Of a DNA stretch of 64,000 nt, positions 38,383-47,448 are shown piece by piece (position 1 is the first letter of the stretch; every line of letters starts with the position of its first letter). The position numbers and the translations under genes are program-made. This stretch comes from an uncultured Clostridium sp. (GTDB lineage: Bacteria > Bacillota > Clostridia > TANB77 > CAG-508): the NCBI GenBank assembly GCA_946499885.1, contig CAMMTN010000006.1:8375-72374 (forward strand), in the 5' to 3' direction. The notes below the pieces were generated by a model, which had not been told where the DNA came from, did no database searches, and saw nothing but the letters and a program-made list of their open reading frames with translations.

Positions 38383-39525
38383 ATGAAGAAATCAGCTAAA
38401 ACAAATGGACCAGCAATTGATAGTAGTGAATTAATAATTGCAATGAATGAATTAGAAAAGGAACAAGGAATAAAAAAAGATATATTATTAGAAGCAATAG
38501 AAACAGCATTAGTTACAGCATATAAAAGAAACTTTGATTCAGCAGAAAATGTAAAGATAACTATGGATAGAGAAACTGGAGAAATACATGTTTATGCAGA
38601 AAAAGATGTAGTAGAAAAACCAGAAGAAGTAGAAAATGATAAAATTCAAATTTGTTTGGATGATGCAAGAAAAATAAATAAAAAATTAGAAGTTGGAGAT
38701 AAAGTAGAAATAGAGCAAGTACCTAAAAATTTTGGAAGAATTGCAGCTCAAACAGCAAAACAAGTAATTGTTCAAAAGATAAGGGAAGAATCAAGAAATT
38801 TCTTATTTGATGAATTTAATGAAAGAAAAGGAGAAATCGTATCTGGAATAGTTCAAAAAGCAGATAGAGGAATTGTTGTTATGGATCTAGGTAGAATAGA
38901 AGGAATTATGCCAGTAAAAGAACAAATTCCAACAGAAAAATATAAAGTAAATGATAAAATAAGAGGTTATATTTTAGATGTAGAAAGAGGAGCAAAAGGA
39001 GCTCCACAAGTAATTGTTTCGAGAGCACATGTGGACTTTGTAAGAAAGTTATTTGAATTAGAAATTCCTGAAATATATGAAGGAGTTATAGAAATAAAAA
39101 GTGTTTCAAGAGATCCAGGAAGTAGATGTAAAGTTGCGGTATATTCTCCAAATGAAAATATAGATCCAGTAGGTTCTTGTGTTGGACAAAAAGGTATACG
39201 TATACAAAATATAATAAATGAACTAAATGGAGAAAAAATTGATGTAATAGAATGGTCAAATGATCCTGCAACATATATTTCAGCGGCGTTACTTCCAGCA
39301 GAAGTTATGGCAGTAGATATAAAAGAAGAAGAAAAATTTGCTCAAGTAATTGTAAGAGATGACCAATTATCTTTAGCAATAGGAAAAGCAGGACAAAATG
39401 CGAGGTTAGCAGCAAAACTTACAAATTGGAAAATAGATATAAAGAGTGAATCTCAATTTAGAGAAATGCTTGCTAAATTACAAGAAGAAAGTTCACAAGA
39501 AGTAGAAGAATCAAGTGAAGAATAA
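38383..39525 (+). CDS. nusA: Transcription termination/antitermination factor NusA
   Basis: S1 domain (GEIVSGIVQK) and KH domains (GSCVGQKGIRIQ, AIGKAGQNARLA). Confidence 0.95.
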   Translation: MKKSAKTNGPAIDSSELIIAMNELEKEQGIKKDILLEAIETALVTAYKRNFDSAENVKITMDRETGEIHVYAEKDVVEKPEEVENDKIQICLDDARKINKKLEVGDKVEIEQVPKNFGRIAAQTAKQVIVQKIREESRNFLFDEFNERKGEIVSGIVQKADRGIVVMDLGRIEGIMPVKEQIPTEKYKVNDKIRGYILDVERGAKGAPQVIVSRAHVDFVRKLFELEIPEIYEGVIEIKSVSRDPGSRCKVAVYSPNENIDPVGSCVGQKGIRIQNIINELNGEKIDVIEWSNDPATYISAALLPAEVMAVDIKEEEKFAQVIVRDDQLSLAIGKAGQNARLAAKLTNWKIDIKSESQFREMLAKLQEESSQEVEESSEE

Positions 39526-39569
39526 TATAAAACAAGCTGAATAAAATGAGAAGGAGAGGAAATTTTAAG

Positions 39570-39830
39570 TTGAAAAAGTTACCACAAAGAACTTGCATAG
39601 GTTGTAATTCTCAAAAAAACAAAAATGAACTTATACGTATAGTAAAAAACAAAGATGGGGATATTAGTATAGATAGAACTGGCAAAGCTAATGGTAGAGG
39701 TGCTTACATTTGCGACAGTATAGATTGTTTAGAAAAAGCTATAAAATCAAAAAGGTTAAACAAAATATTTGAAACAACTATATCAAATGAAATTTATGAA
39801 AATCTAAGAGGTGTAATTATTGATAAATAA
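39570..39830 (+). CDS. ylxR: YlxR/RnpM-family RNA-binding protein
   Basis: KKLPQRTCIGCNSQKNKNELIRIV...GRGAYIC is the family signature. TTG at 39570 follows aaggagagga. The track ORF starts further upstream at 39546. Confidence 0.8.
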   Translation: MKKLPQRTCIGCNSQKNKNELIRIVKNKDGDISIDRTGKANGRGAYICDSIDCLEKAIKSKRLNKIFETTISNEIYENLRGVIIDK

Positions 39831-40140
39831 CAAAGTGTGTGGACTAATAGGATTAGCTACAAGAGCAGGCAAAGTAGTATTTGGAACAGAAGCTGTGCTT
39901 AAAGAAATTGAAAAAAATAAAGTAAAACTTATAATAATTGCAACAGATGCATCAGAAAGGACGAAAATGAAATTTAAGAATATTTGTAATGACAAAAATG
40001 TACCTATAATAGAGTATTTAAAAATTGATGAAATTAGTAAAGCTATTGGAAAAAGTAACAAAGCAATAATAGGTATAAAAGATATAAATTTTTCAAACGA
40101 AATTATCAAAATTATTAATGGGGGTGAAGCTATTGGGTAA
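39820..40140 (+). CDS. ylxQ: L7Ae-family ribosomal-protein-like protein YlxQ
   Basis: [33 protein letters not shown] is typical. Conserved position before infB. Confidence 0.8.
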   Translation: MINNKVCGLIGLATRAGKVVFGTEAVLKEIEKNKVKLIIIATDASERTKMKFKNICNDKNVPIIEYLKIDEISKAIGKSNKAIIGIKDINFSNEIIKIINGGEAIG

Positions 40141-43099
40141 GATAAAAATACATGAAATAGCAAAAGAAGTAGGTTTAACAAGTAAAGAAATATTAAATAT
40201 AGCAAATAGCTTAGGAATAGGAGTAACAAGTCATCTAAGTGCTGTTGATGATGAACAAGCTAGCAAAATAAGAGAAAACATTGGAAATAATAAACAGCCT
40301 AAGAAAGAAGAAAAAACATCTAGTAAAGAAACTACTTCTAATTCAAAGAAAAACGAAACTCCTGTTATAATAAGAAGAGAAGTTATAATTTCAGAAGATG
40401 AAACAAAAAAAGAAGAAAAGAAGCAAGAAAATAAAGAATCTAGAAACAAAGTTGGATTTGTAGAAAGAAATAACAATAAAAACTATAATATTGTATATAG
40501 AAACAAACAAACAAAACCATTAACTGTTAGCGAATTATTTGGACTTAAGCCTAAGGAAGAAGAAACTAGCCAAAAAGGAGAAGTTCAAAATAAAGAAAAA
40601 GAAGAAATAAAGCAAGAGACTGTAAAAGAAGATGTAGATGTAGAAGTAAATCAAGAAGAAAAAAATATTAAAGAAGATTTACAGAATAAAAATTTAGATA
40701 ACAGAAATAATAATAGAGATTTTAACCAAAAAAATAATAATTTTAGAAATAACGACAACAGAAATAATAATTTTAGGAATAATGACAATAGAAATGGTGA
40801 CAGAAATAATAACTTTAGAAATAACGATAATAGAAATGGTCAAAGAAACAATAATTTCAGGAATAATGATAACAGAAATGGTGATAGAAACAATAATTAT
40901 AGGAATAATCAAAACGGTGACAGAAATAATAGAAATGGACAAAATAGTTATAGAAATAATAACCAAAATGGAAGATTTAATAATAGAAGACCATTAGATG
41001 AAAAAGGAATAGATAAAAACATTAAGAATATAATGACAGATAGCATTCCAGAAAAGGAAAATCAAAGAGATTATAGTTCTAGAGCTATTGATAAACAAAA
41101 GGCAAATAATAGATATGAGGAAAATAAAACAAATAAAAAAGCAAATAAGTCAAGAAGAAATAGTCAGTTTGACGAGTTTGATAGTGGTAAATTGAAGGAT
41201 TTAAAACAAGTTGATAAATTATCAAATATGTTTACAGAGCAAGATGGTGGAATGCTTGAATATTATGATTTAACAACAGCTCGTGGAAAGAAAAATAAAA
41301 GGAAACTTCAAAAAGATGAAGAAGAAAGAAATAAGCAAAAAATATTTGAACTTAAAGAAATTACTATACCAGAGAATATTACTGTAAAAGATTTAGCTCA
41401 AGAAATGAAAAAGACAACAGCAGAAGTTATAAAAAAATTATTTAGCTTAGGAATAATGGCAACAATAAATAATACTGTAGATTTTGATACAGCATATTTG
41501 GTTGCAAGTGAATTTGGAATTACAGCTAATAAGAAAAATGAAGTAAAAGAAGAAGATATTTTATTTGACGATACAGAAGATTCACCTGACGAATTAGAGC
41601 CAAGACCACCAGTAGTTGTTGTTATGGGACACGTTGACCATGGTAAAACATCATTATTAGATGCTGTAAGAAGCACAAATGTAATTGAAGGAGAAGCTGG
41701 AGGAATTACACAACATATAGGTGCATACAAAGTAAATGTTAATGGAAGAGAAATTACATTCTTAGATACACCAGGACATGAAGCATTTACAAGTATGAGA
41801 GCAAGAGGTGCTCAAATTACAGATATAGCTATTTTAGTTGTTGCAGCTGATGATGGTGTTATGCCACAAACAGTAGAAGCTATAAATCATGCTAAAGCTG
41901 CAGAGATACCAATTATAGTAGCAGTAAATAAAATAGATTTACCAGGTGCTAATGTAGATAAAATAAAACAAGAATTAATGGAATATGAATTAGTACCAGA
42001 AGAATGGGGTGGAGATACTATCTTTGTTCCAATTTCAGCTAAAAAACATATAAATATAGAAAATCTATTGGAAATGGTACTTTTAGTTGCAGATATGAAA
42101 GAACTTAAGGCAAATCCAAGAAAACAAGCAAAAGGAACTGTAATAGAGGCAAGATTAGACAAATCAAAAGGACCTATTGCATCAATGTTAGTTCAAAGAG
42201 GAACTTTAGATGTAGGTGATACTATTGTTGTTGGAACTTCAATTGGTAGAATAAGAGCTATGAAAAATGATAAAGGACAAAAAATTAAAAAAGCAGGACC
42301 TTCTACACCAGTTGAAATTATGGGACTTACAAATGTACCACAAGCAGGAGATACTTTCTATGAAGTAAAAGATGAAAAAATGGCAAAACATTTAATAGAA
42401 AGAAGAAAACGTCAAGAAAGAGAAAAAGAATTAGCAGAACAAAGTAAAGTTACATTAAGCAATTTATTTGAAAAAATGGAAAGCGAAAATCTAAAACAAT
42501 TAGATATAATTGTAAAAGCAGATGTTCAAGGTACAGCACAAGCATTAAAACAATCATTAGAAAAATTATCTAATGAAGAAGTTAAAGTAAGAGCAATACA
42601 TTCTGCAGTAGGAGCTGTAACAGAATCAGATGTGCAACTTGCAAAAGCAGCAAAGGCAATAATTATAGCATTTAATGTAAGACCAAGTATATCTGCAAAA
42701 GATATGGCAGAAAAAGACGGAGTAGAAATAAAACAATATTCAGTAATATACAATGCAATAGAAGATGTTGAAGCTGCTATGAAAGGAATGCTAGATCCAG
42801 TATATGAAGAAAAAGTAATAGGAAATGTTGAAGTAAGACAAACATTTAAAGTATCAAGCATAGGAACAATAGCAGGTGCTTACGTATTAGATGGAAAAGT
42901 TGAAAGAAATGCAGGGGTAAGAGTAATACGTGAAAATGTTGTAATACATGAGGGTAAACTTGCTTCATTAAAACGTTTCAAAGATGATGTAAAAGAAGTT
43001 ACAAAGGGCTTTGAATGTGGCATTCAAATTGAAAAATACAATGACATCAAAGAAGGAGACATAATAGAGGTATATGTTATGGAAGAAGTAAAAAGATAG
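40118..43099 (+). CDS. infB: Translation initiation factor IF-2
   Basis: GTPase G1 [24 protein letters not shown]. The N-terminal region is very long and low-complexity. The exact start is uncertain (ATG 40118, GTG 40124 or TTG 40133). Confidence 0.95.
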   Translation: MGVKLLGKIKIHEIAKEVGLTSKEILNIANSLGIGVTSHLSAVDDEQASKIRENIGNNKQPKKEEKTSSKETTSNSKKNETPVIIRREVIISEDETKKEEKKQENKESRNKVGFVERNNNKNYNIVYRNKQTKPLTVSELFGLKPKEEETSQKGEVQNKEKEEIKQETVKEDVDVEVNQEEKNIKEDLQNKNLDNRNNNRDFNQKNNNFRNNDNRNNNFRNNDNRNGDRNNNFRNNDNRNGQRNNNFRNNDNRNGDRNNNYRNNQNGDRNNRNGQNSYRNNNQNGRFNNRRPLDEKGIDKNIKNIMTDSIPEKENQRDYSSRAIDKQKANNRYEENKTNKKANKSRRNSQFDEFDSGKLKDLKQVDKLSNMFTEQDGGMLEYYDLTTARGKKNKRKLQKDEEERNKQKIFELKEITIPENITVKDLAQEMKKTTAEVIKKLFSLGIMATINNTVDFDTAYLVASEFGITANKKNEVKEEDILFDDTEDSPDELEPRPPVVVVMGHVDHGKTSLLDAVRSTNVIEGEAGGITQHIGAYKVNVNGREITFLDTPGHEAFTSMRARGAQITDIAILVVAADDGVMPQTVEAINHAKAAEIPIIVAVNKIDLPGANVDKIKQELMEYELVPEEWGGDTIFVPISAKKHINIENLLEMVLLVADMKELKANPRKQAKGTVIEARLDKSKGPIASMLVQRGTLDVGDTIVVGTSIGRIRAMKNDKGQKIKKAGPSTPVEIMGLTNVPQAGDTFYEVKDEKMAKHLIERRKRQEREKELAEQSKVTLSNLFEKMESENLKQLDIIVKADVQGTAQALKQSLEKLSNEEVKVRAIHSAVGAVTESDVQLAKAAKAIIIAFNVRPSISAKDMAEKDGVEIKQYSVIYNAIEDVEAAMKGMLDPVYEEKVIGNVEVRQTFKVSSIGTIAGAYVLDGKVERNAGVRVIRENVVIHEGKLASLKRFKDDVKEVTKGFECGIQIEKYNDIKEGDIIEVYVMEEVKR
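40694..40990 (+). repeat. Imperfect ~42-bp tandem repeats inside infB encoding ([15 protein letters not shown])n
   Basis: Peptide [50 protein letters not shown]. Confidence 0.85.
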
Positions 43100-43103
43100 T
43101 TAG

Positions 43104-43223
43104 TTTTGAAGATAATTGTTTTTGGCGTCGTTGCACTTCATTTGAAATTTAATCAATGTACAAGGAGTACACCTCATAAATTTCAAACTTGTGCGCCTAG
43201 CCAAAAATCAATTCTTTTCAAAA
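43104..43223 (+). repeat. Family-A intergenic repeat, copy 5 (full-length hairpin)
   Basis: ttttgaagataattgtttttggc pairs with gccaaaaatcaattcttttcaaaa. The inner part is nearly identical to copy 4 (cttcatttgaaatttaatcaa.gtac....gtac.cctcataaatttcaaa). Confidence 0.85.
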
Positions 43224-43245
43224 CTAAATGAAGAAAAAGTAAAAA

Positions 43246-43345
43246 GCAGCATCTTGCGTCATCAAGCTTCATAAAAATTTTTTTAGGTGTACACATATAA
43301 TATCTCAAAAATTTTTACTTGCTTTCCTAGCAATATACTACTTTA
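43246..43345 (+). repeat. Family-A intergenic repeat, copy 6 (tandem to copy 5)
   Basis: gcagcatcttgcgtcatcaagcttcataaaaattt...gtgtacac...tctcaaaaattt...ttcctagcaatatacta. Its ends resemble copies 1 and 3. Confidence 0.7.
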
Positions 43346-43375
43346 AATTCGTTTTTGAAAAAAGGAGGAAAAAGC

Positions 43376-43750
43376 ATGCCAAAGAACGAAGCTAGATTAA
43401 ATAGAATAAATGAGGAGTTAAAAAAAGAACTTAGTCAGGTTATAAATTATGAGCTTAAGAATTCAAATGTTACAGGAATGCTTAGTGTAACAAGAGTAAA
43501 AATAACTCCAGATTTCAAATATGCTAAAGTATATGTAAGTATATTAAATTCAAAAAATATTAAAAAGACTATGGAAGGACTTAAAGAATCATCTGGTTTT
43601 ATAAGGTCAAGAATTGCTAAAACAATTAATTTAAGAATAACACCTGAATTAGTTTTTGAGATAGATGATTCATTAGAATATGGTGCAAGAATTGATTCTA
43701 TATTAAAAGATTTAAATATAAGTAAAGATAACTCTAGTGAAGAAAACTAA
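43376..43750 (+). CDS. rbfA: Ribosome-binding factor A
   Basis: RLNRINEELKKELSQVI...VTRVKITPDFKYAKVYVS is typical of RbfA. GGAGG RBS before the ATG at 43376. Confidence 0.9.
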   Translation: MPKNEARLNRINEELKKELSQVINYELKNSNVTGMLSVTRVKITPDFKYAKVYVSILNSKNIKKTMEGLKESSGFIRSRIAKTINLRITPELVFEIDDSLEYGARIDSILKDLNISKDNSSEEN

Positions 43751-43797
43751 AAAAGAGCTAGAAAATAAATATTAAGTAAAATGAAAGAGGAAGATAG

Positions 43798-44748
43798 ATG
43801 AGTACTTTAGATAGTATTTTAGAAGAAATAAATAAAGCAGAATCAATAGTTATACTAACACATGAAAATCCAGATGGTGATGCTATAGGTACTGGGCTTG
43901 CTTTATATAATGCATTAAAACAAATTGGAAAAAATCCAGACATAATTATTCCAGAATATCCAAGAATATTTGAATTTTTACCAGGAACTGCGGAAATAAA
44001 GAAGGAATCAGATATAAAAAAATATGATTTAGCAATATCAGTAGACTGTGCAACAATAAAAATGTTAAATGGTTTTGCAAATTATTTTGAAGATGCAAAA
44101 GTAAAAGTTTCAATAGATCATCATAGTACAAATACTATGTTTGGAGATTTTAATTATATAAGCCCAGATGCACCAGCATGTGCACAAATTCTTTTAGTAG
44201 TATTAGAATATTTTAAAGTGGAAATAACAAAAGATATAGGAACATGTATATTAACAGGAATAATTACAGATACAGGTGGTTTTAAATATTCAGGTGTAAC
44301 AGCAGAAACTTTTAAATTTGTTGCAGAATTGTTAGAAAAAGGAATTAATGTTTCAAAAATTTATAGAAGAGTACTTCAAACAAAAACAAAAGCTAATTTT
44401 GAATTAAATAGAATAGCAACCAATAGATTAGAATTTTTTGAAGATGGAAAAGTAGCATTTACATATATTACTAAAGAAGATGAAGAAAAAGTAAATTCTG
44501 AAAGTGGTGACCACGAAGGAATTGTAGAAAATGGAAGAGATATAGAAGGAGTAGAGGTATCTATATTTATTCGCCAGACAGAAAAAGGATGCAAAGTTTC
44601 TATGAGATCGAATGAATATGTTAATGTATCAGATGTTTGTCTTTTACTAGGCGGTGGCGGACATGTGCATGCAGCAGGAGCAACACTCCAATGCACAATA
44701 GAACAAGCTAAGGAAAAAATATTAAGGCAATTAAAAAGTGTAATGTAG
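43798..44748 (+). CDS. nrnA: DHH-family bifunctional oligoribonuclease / pAp phosphatase NrnA
   Basis: DHH motifs THENPDGDAIG, DCA and SIDHH. DHHA1 motif GGGGH. Confidence 0.85.
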   Translation: MSTLDSILEEINKAESIVILTHENPDGDAIGTGLALYNALKQIGKNPDIIIPEYPRIFEFLPGTAEIKKESDIKKYDLAISVDCATIKMLNGFANYFEDAKVKVSIDHHSTNTMFGDFNYISPDAPACAQILLVVLEYFKVEITKDIGTCILTGIITDTGGFKYSGVTAETFKFVAELLEKGINVSKIYRRVLQTKTKANFELNRIATNRLEFFEDGKVAFTYITKEDEEKVNSESGDHEGIVENGRDIEGVEVSIFIRQTEKGCKVSMRSNEYVNVSDVCLLLGGGGHVHAAGATLQCTIEQAKEKILRQLKSVM

Positions 44749-44846
44749 TTTTTTAGAATAAGTATGTCAAACTTATATGAGAGGAAAAATAAATATTTTT
44801 AATATTATAATTTGTTTCAATTGTGTGAAGGTATAAACTTAAAAAT

Positions 44847-44875
44847 TTGACATATAATAAAAAATAAGCTATAAT
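44847..44875 (+). promoter_or_regulatory. Consensus promoter of the candidate antitoxin sRNA
   Basis: TTGACA (44847-44852), 17 nt, TATAAT (44870-44875). Confidence 0.6.
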
Positions 44876-44881
44876 AATAAT

Positions 44882-44950
44882 AGCTTAAGCAAAATGTTCA
44901 AGTAAGAAACAAAAAAAGACTAGGTAACACCAATACCTAGTCTTTTAATT
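44882..44950 (+). ncRNA. Candidate ~70-nt antisense sRNA (type I antitoxin, par RNA II-like)
   Basis: Starts about 7 nt after the -10 box. Contains GUUCAAGUAAGAAAC, complementary to the RBS/start region of the convergent small ORF. Ends at the shared bidirectional terminator (10-bp stem 44917-44943 plus U tract). Confidence 0.5.
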
Positions 44951-45022
44951 TTAGTCTTTATCAAGTTTATCTAGTATAGAATAAATTAATATAAGAACTA
45001 AAATTTTTATGATATTGTTCAA
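44951..45022 (-). CDS. Candidate 23-aa hydrophobic peptide MNNIIKILVLILIYSILDKLDKD (type I toxin-like)
   Basis: GGAGG lies 8 nt upstream of a TTG start. Hydrophobic helix with a charged tail. Own consensus promoter and terminator. Too short for the ORF track. Confidence 0.5.
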   Translation of the reverse strand: MNNIIKILVLILIYSILDKLDKD

Positions 45023-45064
45023 GTAAGAAACCTCCTTCCTGCCACTAAGCAAGTAGGCGTAATT

Positions 45065-45093
45065 ATAATAAACTATATTATGTAATTTGTCAA
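45065..45093 (-). promoter_or_regulatory. Consensus promoter of the small-peptide mRNA
   Basis: On the minus strand: TTGACA (45093-45088), 17 nt, TATTAT (45070-45065). Confidence 0.6.
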
Positions 45094-45164
45094 CTTATGG
45101 ATTATTAAAAATAATGAATTAAAATATAAAATAACAATCTCGAATAAAGAAAGTAGTGTGAAAA

Positions 45165-46064
45165 ATGGATGGAATAATATTAATAAATAAAACAAAAGGT
45201 TGTACATCACATGATGTAGTAAACAAAATAAAACATTTGTTAAATGAAAAAGTTGGTCATACAGGAACATTGGATCCAAATGCAACAGGTTTGCTTCCAA
45301 TTTTAATTGGACAAGGAACAAAATTATCATACTATTTAATTAATCATGATAAAGAATATGAAGTTACTTTAAAATTAGGAATAAAAACAGATACCGCTGA
45401 TTCAGAAGGAAATATAATAGAAGAGCAAAATGTGGATAACAGTATTATAAATGTAGGAAATATTGAAAATACATTAAAGTCTTTTATAGGAAAACAAGAG
45501 CAAGTTCCTCCAATGTATTCAGCAATTAAAGTTAATGGAAAAAAACTATATGAGTATGCAAGAAAAAATATTAAAGTGGAAATAAAACCAAGAAAAATAG
45601 AAATATATAATATTAGTCTCAAAGAAATTAATCAAAATGAAAAAACGATTAACTTTACTGTACATTGTTCTAAAGGAACATACATCAGGAGTTTATGTGA
45701 AGATATAGCAAAAAAGATGGGAACAATAGGTTATATGAAGGAGTTAAATAGAACCAAAGTAGGTATATTTAATATAGAAGATAGTATAAGAATAGAGGAA
45801 TTAGAGAATAATATAAATGATAAACAGTATTTAGAAAAACATATAATATCAGTTGAAGATTTGTTTATAAAACTAAATGAAGAGAATAATAAAATTATTT
45901 TAAATACAAAAAAATTAACATTATTCTTAAATGGTGTAAAATTATCATATAGTTTAAAAGATGGAGAATATAGAATATATAATGATAAAAATGAATTTAT
46001 AGGAATAGGAAGTATAAAAAATAATTTATTAAAAAGAGAAATAATAGTTGAAAAAATAATATAA
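45165..46064 (+). CDS. truB: tRNA pseudouridine(55) synthase TruB
   Basis: GHTGTLDPNATGLLPI catalytic motif, 299 aa. Confidence 0.9.
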   Translation: MDGIILINKTKGCTSHDVVNKIKHLLNEKVGHTGTLDPNATGLLPILIGQGTKLSYYLINHDKEYEVTLKLGIKTDTADSEGNIIEEQNVDNSIINVGNIENTLKSFIGKQEQVPPMYSAIKVNGKKLYEYARKNIKVEIKPRKIEIYNISLKEINQNEKTINFTVHCSKGTYIRSLCEDIAKKMGTIGYMKELNRTKVGIFNIEDSIRIEELENNINDKQYLEKHIISVEDLFIKLNEENNKIILNTKKLTLFLNGVKLSYSLKDGEYRIYNDKNEFIGIGSIKNNLLKREIIVEKII

Positions 46065-46317
46065 TATAAACTTAAACACTCTTAAAAAGTAAAATTCTCC
46101 GACGTGTTAAGTAGCAACACTTTGAAGAGTTAATAGATTAATAAAAAATGTGTACAGTATTATTTTTATGTTTGATTAAAAATTTTTTCAAAAAAGTATT
46201 GTAAAAATAAAAAAAATAGTATCGTCAAGTGAAAAGTTAAATGCAATTGTTTTAAAAAGTGTTTAAAATCAGAAATAATAGTTGAAAAAAAATAATATAT
46301 ATGATATTATATAAGTA

Positions 46318-46528
46318 CATTAAGAAAATAAATAAAAACATTCCCTGCGTAGTGCGTGTAGACTGGAATTTTAGAACCAACAATAGATTAAAGGGAGTCC
46401 GCCTTTGGATGTGGCGTGTAGGCTTGCATTTATGTAAGAAACCCAGAAGCATTCAACAAGACACCCACCTGTGAAAGCAGGCTCTTAAAATTTCATTCAA
46501 CTTACGGCTAATGTGGGGTTTTATTGTT
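46318..46528 (+). ncRNA. Candidate structured RNA (rod-like, 6S-like sRNA or cis-leader of prmC); class unknown
   Basis: Its GC content is clearly above the flanking AT-rich spacers. Promoter TTGAAA (46282-46287), 17 nt, TATTAT (46305-46310). The 5' end ccctgcgtag can pair with the 3' end cttacgg..gtgggg. Internal helices ggaattttaga/tcttaaaatttc, ttggatg/cattcaa and cctg-tgaaag-cagg. Ends in a U tract. Confidence 0.4.
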
Positions 46529-46543
46529 TAAGGAGAGACCTTT

Positions 46544-47404
46544 TTGAAAATACAAGAACTTAGAAATATTGGAAGAAATAAATTAGTGGAAAAGAATATA
46601 GAAGATGTATTTATTAAAATAGATATTTTATTACAGTATTTACTTAAAATGAACAAAACAGAATTAATCGTAAATCAAGAAAAAGAAATAAGTAGAGTAA
46701 TTGAAAATAAATATTTAAAATGTATAGAAGAAATTATTAATGGAAAGCCAATTCAATATATTACAAAAACTCAAGAATTTATGAATTTGAAATTTTATGT
46801 AGATGAAAATGTATTAATTCCACAACCTGATACAGAAATATTAGTAGAAGAAGCAATAAAAAAGATAAATGAAATAAAAAAAGAAAAAACTATAAAAGTA
46901 TTAGACATGTGTACTGGAAGTGGAGCAATTGCAATTGCTATAAAAAAATATGCAAATGAAATTAATAAAGAGGTAGAAGTATATGCTACAGATATAAGTG
47001 AAGCGGCAATAAAAATAGCTAAGAAAAATGCTAAAAAAAATGGTGCAAAAGTAAATTTTATCTTATCCGATATGTTTGAAAATATAAAAGAAAGTGAGTT
47101 TGATATTATAGTTTCAAATCCTCCATATATAGAAAGCAAAACTATTTCCACTTTATCTAAGGAAGTTCAAAATGAACCACATATAGCATTAGACGGAGGA
47201 GAAGATGGGCTAAAGTTTTACAAAATAATAGCTCAAAATGCAAATAAATTTCTAAAAGAAAAAGGACAGTTATTATTAGAAATAGGGTATAATCAAAAAG
47301 AAAGTGTAATGAAAGTATTTGAATATACAAAAAAGTATTTTTGTATTAGCTGTATAAAAGATTTATCAAATAATGATAGAGTTCTAAAATTTATACTAAT
47401 ATAG
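46544..47404 (+). CDS. prmC: Peptide chain release factor N5-glutamine methyltransferase
   Basis: SAM motif LDMCTGSGAIA and catalytic NPPY. TTG start after AGGAGA. Confidence 0.9.
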   Translation: MKIQELRNIGRNKLVEKNIEDVFIKIDILLQYLLKMNKTELIVNQEKEISRVIENKYLKCIEEIINGKPIQYITKTQEFMNLKFYVDENVLIPQPDTEILVEEAIKKINEIKKEKTIKVLDMCTGSGAIAIAIKKYANEINKEVEVYATDISEAAIKIAKKNAKKNGAKVNFILSDMFENIKESEFDIIVSNPPYIESKTISTLSKEVQNEPHIALDGGEDGLKFYKIIAQNANKFLKEKGQLLLEIGYNQKESVMKVFEYTKKYFCISCIKDLSNNDRVLKFILI

Positions 47405-47448
47405 AAAGTTAATTTTAAAATAGTATTAATCAGAAAAGAGTGGGTTAG

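Noticed and set aside
40694-40997. ORFs 40694-40966 (-) and 40782-40997 (+)
   Set aside because: These are alternative-frame readings of the infB Asn/Arg tandem-repeat region (I/T/V-rich low complexity). They are shadow ORFs.
46252-46452. 66-aa minus-strand ORF between truB and prmC
   Set aside because: It has no RBS and overlaps the promoter and the GC-rich structured segment. That region is better explained as a plus-strand RNA.
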